Made by a program: the position numbers and the translations under genes. A DNA stretch of 64,000 nt from Bacteroidales bacterium (GTDB lineage Bacteria; Bacteroidota; Bacteroidia; Bacteroidales; P3), in assembly GCA_045597945.1 (NCBI GenBank), contig JAZLLD010000055.1, positions 1,985 to 65,984 of the forward strand. Reading direction: 5' to 3'. Under the pieces are notes generated by a model. The model worked only from the letters and a program-made list of their open reading frames with translations, did no database searches and was not told where the DNA came from. This document shows, piece by piece, positions 33,454 to 42,575 of the stretch. Position 1 is the stretch's first letter; the number at the start of each line of letters is the position of its first letter.

Positions 33454-34428
33454 TCAATATTTGTTTATTGCCGACAAATGAAAATGGATTGTCTGCCGAT
33501 TGATTTCAGGACGCTGAGCCTCAACCATTTTCCGCACAACGGAAACCTCCTCGCCCGCACACCAATATCGCACCACATCGCCGGGCGAGAGCGATATATC
33601 CGGCACCCCGGGCAACACCGGGACATCATGGGGAATCAACACACGAAATGTATGGGAATCAACATATTGATACAACGTATTGCTGTCCAGATCAACATCG
33701 TAAAGGATGCCGCGAAACTCGCTATCGTGGTACAGCAGTTTCCATTCAAAGCAAGGATAAGCTGCGCAGAGGGGCAAACGATAGTGTTTCAAATACTTGA
33801 GGTAAGGCTCAACATCTCGTGGGTCAAGTATGGGATTGCGGTCGGAAGCAAAGTTGCGAAAATCGCCGGTGTTGTACAGCATCAGCGCTCCGTAGTCGGC
33901 AGGCGGAGGAGTTGAAGACAGCTGATGAAGTCGGATAGTGCTGGAAATCAGCAGACTGCTTCGGTAGGAACGCACAGCCTGGAGGAATGCGAAGTAGCCC
34001 TTCTCGGTGGTAGCGGTCCAATCGCAGTCGAACTGGATTTCGTTGTATTCAAATCCGTGTGTTTCAGCAATCTGCGCCACCCTATCGACTGTGCGACGAG
34101 CCAAATCTTCGGCATCAATCGGCGAGCGAAAGAGGGTGTAATCAATAAAAATCGTGGGCACAACGGCCAGCCCAGCGGGCAGTGAGTCCTCGAAGCTGAT
34201 CGTAGCATTCGGCTGCGGACCCTGCGAGGTGGGCACCACGTCGAACAAGCGAAGATACAACTTGCCCGCTTCACGCAGAGCATGTTGTTGAGAATCATTA
34301 AGTTTAAACGTAGTCTTCCAATAATAATACGACACGGCAGGGCCGGACACCTGCCCCACTCTATGGCACGAGGCCATAACGCACAATAGCATAAAAGCCA
34401 GCAATATGAACTGAATCTGAGTCCTCAT
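33454..34428 (-). CDS. hypothetical lipoprotein
   Basis: 324 aa. Signal/lipobox LLCVMASC. The ATG overlaps the upstream stop (ATGA at 34425-34428). Confidence 0.55.
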   Translation of the reverse strand: MRTQIQFILLAFMLLCVMASCHRVGQVSGPAVSYYYWKTTFKLNDSQQHALREAGKLYLRLFDVVPTSQGPQPNATISFEDSLPAGLAVVPTIFIDYTLFRSPIDAEDLARRTVDRVAQIAETHGFEYNEIQFDCDWTATTEKGYFAFLQAVRSYRSSLLISSTIRLHQLSSTPPPADYGALMLYNTGDFRNFASDRNPILDPRDVEPYLKYLKHYRLPLCAAYPCFEWKLLYHDSEFRGILYDVDLDSNTLYQYVDSHTFRVLIPHDVPVLPGVPDISLSPGDVVRYWCAGEEVSVVRKMVEAQRPEINRQTIHFHLSAINKY

Positions 34429-35144
34429 AGCTTGCCGCAGATTAGAAAATCTTTCATCAAATCCAAGTACCAGTCTGAGCGGGTTCTGTCAAGATTGCGC
34501 ATGCAGCATACTTGTTCATCCACTACTTCAACATTGCCTTTCTTATACACTAGCACATAACGTTTTGCGCCTTTCTCGGGAATGGTTTTGATAATAAAAT
34601 TCTGATACAGACTGAATCCTGCTGACCGACACTGCGAGTCGAAGTCTTTCAGCACCTCGGGCGGAATGCAGACCGAGAACAAGCCCTCGGAGGCAAGCAA
34701 ATCGTAGGCGCCCCCGATAAGCACCGGGAAGGGCAGACTGGAGGTGTGGCGGGCACGGGAGCGGCCCTGATCTGGACACTCAAGACTGCGGTCGAAATAG
34801 GGCGGATTGCACACAACGGCATCGAACTGAGGCAGAGGGTTTTGCTGGAGATAATCCTGCAACGATGAATGCACGAGCGCAAGGCGGTCGGCCCACTTAG
34901 ACTGCTCGAAATTATAGGCTGCGTCCAACACAGCATTCTCGTCGATCTCAATGGCGGTTATCCGGGCCTCGGGAAAGCGCTGGGCCAGCATCAGTGAGAG
35001 CACCCCGGTGCCCGTGCCGATATCCAGCACTGCGCGCCCTCCGGCGCAGAGAGCACCCAGCAAATCGCTATCGGTGCCCACCTTCATGGCGGCATGTGTT
35101 TGACGAATGGTGAATTGTTGGAAATTAAAGAAATCGCAAGCCAT
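34425..35144 (-). CDS. trmN6: tRNA1(Val) (adenine(37)-N6)-methyltransferase-like SAM-dependent MTase
   Basis: 239 aa. VLDIGTGTGVLSLMLAQR (motif I), CNPPYF (motif IV), N-terminal FxIxQ...MKVGTD pattern of the YfiC family. Confidence 0.75.
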   Translation of the reverse strand: MACDFFNFQQFTIRQTHAAMKVGTDSDLLGALCAGGRAVLDIGTGTGVLSLMLAQRFPEARITAIEIDENAVLDAAYNFEQSKWADRLALVHSSLQDYLQQNPLPQFDAVVCNPPYFDRSLECPDQGRSRARHTSSLPFPVLIGGAYDLLASEGLFSVCIPPEVLKDFDSQCRSAGFSLYQNFIIKTIPEKGAKRYVLVYKKGNVEVVDEQVCCMRNLDRTRSDWYLDLMKDFLICGKL

Positions 35145-35159
35145 GAATGAAGTGATAGT

Positions 35160-35801
35160 TTAATGAATATTCTGTAGTAATTCGGCCATCGAATCAACGA
35201 CAAAAGTGGGGTTGGCGGTGAGGAGTTTCTGCCGGGAATGGTTGCCGTAGGTTACCGCCACGGTGCGGCATCCGGCACGGTTGCCCATCTCGATATCGAA
35301 GGTGGTGTCGCCCACAACCAGCGCATCTTCAGCCTCCAGCCCCATGCGGCTGAGCAATGCAAAAACCATGTCGGGTGCGGGCTTGGGAGGCAGATTGTCG
35401 TTGCACGACACCTTGGTCTCAAAATAATGGTTGATGCCGAAACGCTCCACCATCAGGTCGAGGGTGATCCCGGTGCGGCTGGTGCAGATGGCCATCCTTA
35501 TACCTCGGCGGCTCAACTGTTCCAATGTTTCGCTAACTTGCGGGAATACAGATACATGCCCTACCTCGTAGACCGGGAATAGCTGGCGATAGACCGCCGT
35601 GCCGTGCTCGGCTTCATCGGGTGTGAGTCCGCCCAGCTGGCGCACGGCCTCAACTAGCGGAAGCCCAATTGTTTGGCGCACCTGCTCGGCGGAAGGTACG
35701 GCAAGCCCCATCTGCTCGAAAGTCTTCTGCATGGTGAGCACGATGCCGGGTGCCGTATCGGCCAGGGTGCCGTCGAAATCAAAGAATACTGCTTTTATCA
35801 A
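35160..35801 (-). CDS. HAD-IA family phosphatase (phosphoglycolate phosphatase-like), TTG start
   Basis: 213 aa. FFDFDGTLADT motif I and VGDTTFDIEMG motif IV. The only in-frame start after the upstream stop is TTG at 35801. Confidence 0.8.
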   Translation of the reverse strand: MIKAVFFDFDGTLADTAPGIVLTMQKTFEQMGLAVPSAEQVRQTIGLPLVEAVRQLGGLTPDEAEHGTAVYRQLFPVYEVGHVSVFPQVSETLEQLSRRGIRMAICTSRTGITLDLMVERFGINHYFETKVSCNDNLPPKPAPDMVFALLSRMGLEAEDALVVGDTTFDIEMGNRAGCRTVAVTYGNHSRQKLLTANPTFVVDSMAELLQNIH

Positions 35802-35807
35802 GGCTTG

Positions 35808-35960
35808 CTAGTTTTTGTTCAATATAATAAGCGCGGCAATCGTTCCGGGCACCCATCCGCAAAGCGTGAGGATGAAGGTGATGAGGACAGACCCGCACCC
35901 CTTGTCCAATACGGCCAAGGGAGGGCAAAAGATAGCTAGAATCGCACGAATCAGACTCAT
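35808..35960 (-). CDS. YqaE/Pmp3-family small membrane proteolipid (50 aa; below the ORF-track cutoff)
   Basis: Hand translation gives MSLIRAILAIFCPPLAVLDKGCGSVLITFILTLCGWVPGTIAALIILNKN. The PPLAV...LT..GW.PG...A pattern is typical of Pmp3/YqaE. ATG at 35958-35960, TAG at 35808-35810. Confidence 0.7.
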   Translation of the reverse strand: MSLIRAILAIFCPPLAVLDKGCGSVLITFILTLCGWVPGTIAALIILNKN

Positions 35961-35981
35961 AACTACAAGAATTGTTGCGGA

Positions 35982-36686
35982 TTAATAAGCAAACAAGCTG
36001 GGAGCGAGCGACACGCCCTCCATAACGTCCTCAGCCTTGCCCTTCTTGGCAGAGAGGAACTTGGTGTACATCTTGGCCGATTTGTCGAACTGCTTGGCCA
36101 GCATCTTGTCGGCAAACAGCTGCACGCATTCCAGCACTTCCTCGCCTATAGTCACCGACTTAGGGGCAAATTCCACTTTGGCGTGATAGGTCTTCACGGC
36201 ACCCTTGCGCCCGTCGGCCACCTCGAAATATTCCACATCGGCCTCGGTAGGCAGCGAGAGGTCGAGCTTGGGGGCGCTCCATTTAAGCAGGAAGTAGCGC
36301 TCGGCCAAATAGTTGCCATCTTTGTCGCGGGTGCAGAACGTGATGGGGATGCAGTAATGCCAATCACCTGCGCCCTCATACGAAAAGAGGAACAAATTAT
36401 TGTAGACCAACGTGGTACTGTTGCGCTTGTACTTATTGATGCCGATGAGGGTGCGCAGCGCCACCACATTGCCGCTCATGCTGACCGACATGGAGCTGGA
36501 GGGGTCGAGGAACACGGTGGTGGGCTTCTGGAAGACGAAGTGGCTGATGGTGTTTGCGCTGGCCGCAGCACCGCCCACCGATTCAAAATAATCGCGTTGG
36601 CCCACCACATTTTGGGCACAGATGCCGGAAGCCGAAGCAACGAGAATACATACTAAAGCAATGATAGATAGCGAGATATGTTTCAT
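35982..36686 (-). CDS. hypothetical secreted protein
   Basis: 234 aa. Signal peptide MKHISLSIIALVCILVASASGICAQ. TAtcTTTG box at 36720-36727. Confidence 0.55.
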   Translation of the reverse strand: MKHISLSIIALVCILVASASGICAQNVVGQRDYFESVGGAAASANTISHFVFQKPTTVFLDPSSSMSVSMSGNVVALRTLIGINKYKRNSTTLVYNNLFLFSYEGAGDWHYCIPITFCTRDKDGNYLAERYFLLKWSAPKLDLSLPTEADVEYFEVADGRKGAVKTYHAKVEFAPKSVTIGEEVLECVQLFADKMLAKQFDKSAKMYTKFLSAKKGKAEDVMEGVSLAPSLFAY

Positions 36687-36914
36687 AATAGGGGGTTGTT
36701 AAGGATTTCTTTTCTTTTGCAAAGATACGAAAAAATATCCGTATAGCCAAATTAGCGATGAAGAAATTGCGATTTTTTTAGCAAAGCAATTAATTATCAA
36801 CATTTTGAATGCCGGCAAAAAGCGGTGCGGAAACGAACCGGACAACTGTCTCGAGACCGTCCTGGGAGCTGGGTGCGGAGCGGGTCTGCTGCGGCTCTTC
36901 TGCGGAGGTTGGCC

Positions 36915-37136
36915 GGGGGAGATGCACTTTGAGATGCACCAAAATCACAAAATCACTATTTCACACAACATTTGTTTTGCATGACAAGTGAGAAAAGAAT
37001 GTAAAATTTAATTTTACAAATAAGGTATATTATATACTATGTATATATTATTTCTCTTCTACCTCTACATTGCTTGCACATGAAATGTGAATTGTGGATT
37101 TTGTGATTTTGCGCATGTTTTGGCGTATGTCCCCCC
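36915..37136. repeat. large imperfect palindrome (about 60-bp arms, about 100-bp AT-rich centre)
   Basis: Left arm 36915-36974 versus right arm 37077-37136. A 15-bp perfect core caaaatcacaaaatc (36940-36954) pairs with gattttgtgattttg (37097-37111). Central palindrome tgtaaaatt-t-aattttaca at 37000-37018. Confidence 0.7.
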
Positions 37137-37253
37137 GCTCCCGAGAGCGAAAGTTTTTTTTGGGAAACAGTGCAAGAGATTCCGCCTGAGAGGTACTAAA
37201 GAGAAAGTTGAAAACTTTTTGACATAAATATATATTATATCAAAAAAAAGTTG

Positions 37254-37261
37254 TATCTTTG
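37254..37261 (+). promoter_or_regulatory. -7 box (TAtcTTTG) of the WG-repeat gene
   Basis: tatctttg lies 21 nt upstream of the ATG at 37282. Confidence 0.5.
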
Positions 37262-37281
37262 CAAAACGAAAAAATTGAATT

Positions 37282-38658
37282 ATGAAAAAATACATCTTTA
37301 TCCTAACGACCCTTTGCATGCTGACAGGCAGCGCTTTAGCACAGACACTGGCCTTCGACGACATCAGCATGAAGTATGGCTACAAGAACGCAAACGGCAT
37401 TTGGCAGATTCAACCCAAGTACCAAGTGGCCTTCGCTTTCCAACATTTGAACAGAAAATTCGCCGTGGTGAAGTACGACGGCCGCTGGGGCTGCATTGAT
37501 GAGGCCGGCAACATGATTGTCCGCAACATCTTCCGCACCCAGGAAGAGGCCCAGGAGGCCGGCAATCAGTGGTACACCGCCGAGGAGCCCGGCAAATGGA
37601 TCTACCCCGCCGAGAACCCCGCCGACCACAAATGGGGCTTTGTGAACTACTACGGACAATGGAAATACGAGCCCGCCTACGAGGGCGCCGGCGAATACTT
37701 CGGCACCGACCCCATGAGCTTCGCACCCGTCAAACAGGACGGCCGCTGGGGCTGCATCGACGCTAAGGGCATCCTGATTATCAACAACATCTTTGAAAGC
37801 ATGGAAGACGCGCAAGAGGCTGGCCGCCAATGGATTGTTGGCCGTCATTACGATACCTGGCGCATCGCCGTGACCAACCCAAACAACACCAATCAGTGGG
37901 GTATCGTCAACTACCTCGGCCGCTGGGTCGTACAGCCCCAGTACGCCATGATCCGCCAGTTCGCAGGCGAGCATAACTACATCTACACCCAGGCACTGAA
38001 GGGCGGCCGTTGGGGCAATATCGACCGCAATGGCAACGTTATCAGCGACTTCATCTTCCAGCATGAGAGCGACTGCGTCTACGCACTCTCCCAAATCGAG
38101 CACGGCCGCGACATGGACGCCTGGCGCCTGCCCGAGATGCGCACCGACACCAACCTCTGGGGCTGGGTGAAGCCCGACGGCAGCTGGGCCATCCCCCCAA
38201 TCTATCTCGAAGTGTCCAACTTCCCCAACGACACAGGCCTCTTCGCCACCGCTAAATGCGAGAACGGCTTCTGGGCCAGCATCCACGAAGACGGCCGCCT
38301 GCTGAGCAAACCCGTGTTCATCCTCAGCAGCGACGCCACCAAGGCCGGCAAGGAATGGGACGACAACGAAAAAGGCATTGAGGAAGCCGAACTCGGACAT
38401 TGGCTCTTCCCCATCCAGGAACCCACCACGGGGCACTGGGGCTATGTCGACTTCGAAGGCGAATGGGTGATCCTGCCCCGCCTCGAGGATGCCAAACCCT
38501 TCATCAACACCTGGAACAACCGCGTGGCTCCCGCCAAGCAGGAAGGCCGCTGGGGATGCGTGGACCACACCGGCCAGTTTGTGGTGAAACCCATCTACAA
38601 CAACTCGGCCGACGCCTATGTAGCCGCCCGCGCATGGGGTGGCAAGAAGAAGTTCTAA
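37282..38658 (+). CDS. WG-repeat (KWG-type) secreted protein
   Basis: 458 aa with a signal peptide. Recurring RWGCID / WGFVNY / WGIVNY / WGYVDF blocks alternate with EAQEAG(N/R)QW-type segments. Confidence 0.8.
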   Translation: MKKYIFILTTLCMLTGSALAQTLAFDDISMKYGYKNANGIWQIQPKYQVAFAFQHLNRKFAVVKYDGRWGCIDEAGNMIVRNIFRTQEEAQEAGNQWYTAEEPGKWIYPAENPADHKWGFVNYYGQWKYEPAYEGAGEYFGTDPMSFAPVKQDGRWGCIDAKGILIINNIFESMEDAQEAGRQWIVGRHYDTWRIAVTNPNNTNQWGIVNYLGRWVVQPQYAMIRQFAGEHNYIYTQALKGGRWGNIDRNGNVISDFIFQHESDCVYALSQIEHGRDMDAWRLPEMRTDTNLWGWVKPDGSWAIPPIYLEVSNFPNDTGLFATAKCENGFWASIHEDGRLLSKPVFILSSDATKAGKEWDDNEKGIEEAELGHWLFPIQEPTTGHWGYVDFEGEWVILPRLEDAKPFINTWNNRVAPAKQEGRWGCVDHTGQFVVKPIYNNSADAYVAARAWGGKKKF

Positions 38659-38754
38659 CCCACAGACCATCAATCACCTATTTCCAATAAAAAGTGGCTT
38701 GGTTCGCCCCGAAGGCGGCTGAGCCACTTCACAAATAACCTCAAGCGACACAAG

Positions 38755-40095
38755 ATGAACTACATAATCAAGAACGGCACCGTGGTGAACGAGGGACGCA
38801 TGGAAAAACGCGACCTCTATATCAAGATGGGCAGAATCGTCGAAGACGGCTCCGCGCTGGCCGACGCGCAAGTGTTCGACGCAGCAGGATGCTATGTGAT
38901 GCCCGGCGTGATCGACACACATGTGCATTTCCGCGCCCCCGGTTTCCCCGACAAGGCCGACTTCGCCACCGAAAGCCGTGCCGCCCTGGCAGGAGGCGTG
39001 ACCTCGGTTATCGACATGCCCAACACCAACCCCCAGACCACTTCTATCGCCGAACTTGAGGCAAAAGAACAAATCGCCGCCCAGAAAAGCGCAGTGAACT
39101 ACGGCTTTATGCTCGGCGCAACTAACGACAATATCCGCCAACTCCTTGAAATCCCCGTCGAACGCTACGCCGCCATCAAACTGTTCCTCGGCAGCAGCAC
39201 CGGCAACATGCTGGTGAACAAGCCCGACGCCCTGGAAACCCTCTTCAAGGAAAGCAAGAAACTGATCGTGGCCCATTGCGAAAGCGAGGACATCATCACG
39301 GCCAACATGCGCAACTACAAGATGCAGTATGCCGGCACCGCCGAGGAAACGGCCGCCCTGCACCCCAAGATTCGCAGCACCGAGGCCTGCTTCGTCTCAA
39401 CCTACAAGGCCATCGAGCGCGCCCGCAAATACGGCACCCGCTTCCACGTGGCCCATATCAGCACCGCCACCGAGCTTTCGCTCCTGAGCAACCAGGCGCT
39501 GGGCGAGAAGAACATCACCGCCGAGGTCACACCCAACCATCTGTGGTTCGACGACCGCGACTATGCCGAGCTGGGCAACATGATCAAGTGCAACCCCGCC
39601 ATCAAGACAAACGACGACCGACTGGGCCTTTGGGGCGGACTGGTAGACGGCCTTATCGACACGATAGCCACGGACCATGCCCCACACACCTTGGCACAAA
39701 AGCAGCAGCGCTATTTCGACGCCCCGGGCGGCATACCCAGCATCCAGCACTCGCTGCAGATGATGCTGGAAGGCTTCTTCAGCCCCACAGCTTTGGAGAA
39801 TGCCGACCACGAAGAGCTCCTGCGAGAATGGTTCCCTCTGATCGTTTCCAAGATGTGCCACAATCCGGCCACCATCTTCGGCATTGAAGACCGCGGATTC
39901 CTCAACCCCGGATGCTTCGCCGACGTGGTAGTTGTGGAACCCGGCGAGGTTTCTGTCGACAATAATATTATAATGTATAAGTGCGGATGGAGCCCCTTAG
40001 TGGGTCAGACCTTCCACACCCGCATCAAGCAAGTGTTCCTCAACGGCATGCCCGCGGGGCAGTCGAAGGCCGAAGCGCTCAAATTCAACAAATAG
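38755..40095 (+). CDS. pyrC: dihydroorotase (amidohydrolase superfamily)
   Basis: 446 aa. PGVIDTHVHFR metal-binding HxH, VAHCE, TDHAPH. Confidence 0.8.
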   Translation: MNYIIKNGTVVNEGRMEKRDLYIKMGRIVEDGSALADAQVFDAAGCYVMPGVIDTHVHFRAPGFPDKADFATESRAALAGGVTSVIDMPNTNPQTTSIAELEAKEQIAAQKSAVNYGFMLGATNDNIRQLLEIPVERYAAIKLFLGSSTGNMLVNKPDALETLFKESKKLIVAHCESEDIITANMRNYKMQYAGTAEETAALHPKIRSTEACFVSTYKAIERARKYGTRFHVAHISTATELSLLSNQALGEKNITAEVTPNHLWFDDRDYAELGNMIKCNPAIKTNDDRLGLWGGLVDGLIDTIATDHAPHTLAQKQQRYFDAPGGIPSIQHSLQMMLEGFFSPTALENADHEELLREWFPLIVSKMCHNPATIFGIEDRGFLNPGCFADVVVVEPGEVSVDNNIIMYKCGWSPLVGQTFHTRIKQVFLNGMPAGQSKAEALKFNK

Positions 40096-40098
40096 CCT

Positions 40099-40875
40099 AT
40101 GCGAAAGATAGCTAAATACACATTCCTCCTCCTCGTCGCACTGAGCCTTACGGCCTGCTACAACGAGAAACAGCGCACCCTGCGCCAATATGTGAAGGCC
40201 ATCAACAGCGACTGCCCTATCCCGATGGGCGACGTGGCCAAGATGACGGAGGCTCGGTATCACGGCAACAGCGTAGAATTCAGCTACTTGTTCTCCGACA
40301 TGTTTGACCTCAGGGCATGGAGAACAGACGATTTCTACCAACTGATGCTCAGAAGTTTCGAGAGCAACTCGGAAGAAAGTTTCTGCAAACTCATCGACGC
40401 TATTATCGACGCCCAGGCCGACCTGAAGGTCACGATGAAACCCGAGAATCCGAAAAACGATTTCTACGGAATGACGATTCTCTTCGTTACAGACTCACTC
40501 AAAGCACACCGTCCGACTCCGCTGTCGCAAAATACAGAAGGGCAGCTACTTTCGATAATGAATATGTACCGCATGCAGCTGCCCATGCATATCTCTAACG
40601 GGATTGAGTGCACTCGCATTGAGCTTGAAAAAGATTATTACACATATTACTACGACTGCGACGAAACGGTATGCAATCTTGACGATATGCAGAGCTCGCT
40701 CAGCGAGAACCGCACCCAAATGGTGAACATGATCCTGGGAACCAACGACCCTTCGTTCGTGAAGTTGCAGACGCTCCTAGCTGCCAGCCATCGTGGAATC
40801 CGCTACGTTTATCAAGGCAGAGTTAGCGGCAAGACAGCCGAGTTCGCTATCAGAAATGATGAATTGAAACAATAA
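40099..40875 (+). CDS. hypothetical lipoprotein
   Basis: 258 aa. Lipobox LSLTAC. Confidence 0.5.
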   Translation: MRKIAKYTFLLLVALSLTACYNEKQRTLRQYVKAINSDCPIPMGDVAKMTEARYHGNSVEFSYLFSDMFDLRAWRTDDFYQLMLRSFESNSEESFCKLIDAIIDAQADLKVTMKPENPKNDFYGMTILFVTDSLKAHRPTPLSQNTEGQLLSIMNMYRMQLPMHISNGIECTRIELEKDYYTYYYDCDETVCNLDDMQSSLSENRTQMVNMILGTNDPSFVKLQTLLAASHRGIRYVYQGRVSGKTAEFAIRNDELKQ

Positions 40876-40890
40876 ATTAATAATTAGAAT

Positions 40891-41316
40891 ATGAAAAAAG
40901 TAATTTTAGCCCTTTTCACTATTGTTCTCCTGGCCGGAGCCGCCAACGCTCAGAGCAAAAAACGCACTATCGACCCCGAAAACATGCCCAAGCAGGCCAT
41001 CCTCACCATCGAGAAACACTGGCCCAGCTGCGCCATCGTGAATACCTACGTTAAGGGTAAGGAATACGAAGCCCTCCTCACCGACGGAACCATCATCGAA
41101 TTCGACAACAAGGGTGTGTGGAAAGAAATGAAATGCACCGACGGCCTGCCCGTAACCCTGGTGCCCGTGTACATCACCCGCTATATCGTGAACCGCTACC
41201 CCAAACAGCTCATCATCGACTGCGAGAAGATGAAGGGAGGCTACGAAGTCACCCTCACCAACGGCCTTGAAATCCAATTCGACCTCAAAGGCAACGTGAC
41301 CCACGTAGACGACTAA
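40891..41316 (+). CDS. PepSY-like (DUF2874-type) periplasmic protein
   Basis: 141 aa with a signal peptide. Duplicated ...YEALLTDGTIIEFDNKGVWKE / YEVTLTNGLEIQFDLKGNV modules. Confidence 0.6.
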   Translation: MKKVILALFTIVLLAGAANAQSKKRTIDPENMPKQAILTIEKHWPSCAIVNTYVKGKEYEALLTDGTIIEFDNKGVWKEMKCTDGLPVTLVPVYITRYIVNRYPKQLIIDCEKMKGGYEVTLTNGLEIQFDLKGNVTHVDD

Positions 41317-41330
41317 TCGGACATAATAAT

Positions 41331-42407
41331 ATGGTACTATATTATTATTATAGAATGCGCTTCGCATATTGGCGCCGTCACAAGGACTGGAAAGAATCGG
41401 AACCTTATAAGTGTGGCGAAATGTACACCAACTACAAAGGCGAAGACAAGAAAAGCAAAATTCAGGTCTTTCGAGAACTGGTCGCACTGAGTAGATTCTG
41501 GAAATGCTATCCTGAATCCTACTTTATTTACTCCATGTTCAAGACCGACTTCACCTCGATGGAGCGAATGAAATCATTCGTACCCTCCGGAGCATATGCA
41601 AGATATTGCCGTAATTCAGAACCCAAATACCAGATTCTCATCGATGATAAGATTTTATTCCACGATGTGATGAAAAAATACAATCTGCCCGTTACTGAGA
41701 GATTCTTTTCTTACAGATTTGGCAATTTCAAACGTGACGGACAATTCATTACAGACGCAGAAGTTGACAATATCTTGGCTGGTATTACCGACAATAGAAT
41801 CTTCATCAAACGCAATATGTGCGGCGAAGGTAGCGGAATTTCTGTGGCCGACAAAAAAGAAGACGGCTTCTATACCGAAGACGGCATCAAACTCACTGCC
41901 CACAACATTCGCACCAATTTCAAAGATGACCAATATCTCTTTGAAAAGATGGTAGTTCAGGACCAGGCAACTGCGCAATTCAATCCAAGTTCACTGAACA
42001 CTTGCAGAATTATTACCTACAACAACAAAGCGGTTGCTTGCGGACTAAGAATTGGCCGAGCTGGCTCTTATATAGATAATGCGGCTAAGGGTGGTATCGT
42101 GGTTAGTGTGGATATGGAAACTGGCCGTCTAGGCGAATTTGCTCAGCGTAGATTTGACACCAACAAATATTACGAACATCCTGACACTCACGTCAAATTC
42201 AAAGATGTCGTGATTCCTCATTGGAAAGAAATTATCGACGCAGTGAACACAACCTGCAAACACTTTCCCTACTATAGCAGTGTTGGATTCGATGTTGCCT
42301 GCACACCAGATGGCCCCGTCATCATTGAGGTGAACACCGGAACCGGATCCTCCGCACCTCAGCTAGGTAAGGAATTCGGCACCGCAGATTGTTTCCTAAA
42401 AGCATAA
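41331..42407 (+). CDS. ATP-grasp fold protein (sugar-transfer-associated type)
   Basis: 358 aa. C-terminal GFDVACTPDGPVIIEVNTGTG is typical of ATP-grasp catalytic cores. The exact start is uncertain. Confidence 0.55.
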   Translation: MVLYYYYRMRFAYWRRHKDWKESEPYKCGEMYTNYKGEDKKSKIQVFRELVALSRFWKCYPESYFIYSMFKTDFTSMERMKSFVPSGAYARYCRNSEPKYQILIDDKILFHDVMKKYNLPVTERFFSYRFGNFKRDGQFITDAEVDNILAGITDNRIFIKRNMCGEGSGISVADKKEDGFYTEDGIKLTAHNIRTNFKDDQYLFEKMVVQDQATAQFNPSSLNTCRIITYNNKAVACGLRIGRAGSYIDNAAKGGIVVSVDMETGRLGEFAQRRFDTNKYYEHPDTHVKFKDVVIPHWKEIIDAVNTTCKHFPYYSSVGFDVACTPDGPVIIEVNTGTGSSAPQLGKEFGTADCFLKA

Positions 42408-42424
42408 GAATCTTCAAAATAAAA

Positions 42425-42452
42425 GAAGCCGCCTACATGGGCGGCTTTTTTA
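42425..42452 (+). terminator. terminator of the ATP-grasp gene
   Basis: aagccgcc (42426-42433) / ggcggctt (42440-42447), followed by a T-run. Confidence 0.65.
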
Positions 42453-42526
42453 TGCAAATTCCGAAATTCTTTTTCAATGCATTTTTAGTTTCAGAATTAG
42501 CCAAGAATCGGAAAAAACAATTCCAT

Positions 42527-42556
42527 AAAAAAAGGGCCACCCCAAAGAGTGACCCT
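42527..42556 (-). terminator. terminator of the acetyl-CoA synthetase gene
   Basis: On the minus strand, an agggtcac...gtggccct hairpin (one mismatch) is followed by ttttttt. Confidence 0.5.
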
Positions 42557-42575
42557 ATTTTTATTTGGTGGAAAA

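Noticed and set aside
39276-39887. 203-aa alternative-frame ORF (R/P/G/H-rich) inside pyrC. Similar R/P-rich ORFs lie inside rho, ltaE and the WG-repeat gene.
   Set aside because: This composition is typical of the +1/+2 frame of GC-rich coding sequence. They lie fully inside genes with strong homology signatures.
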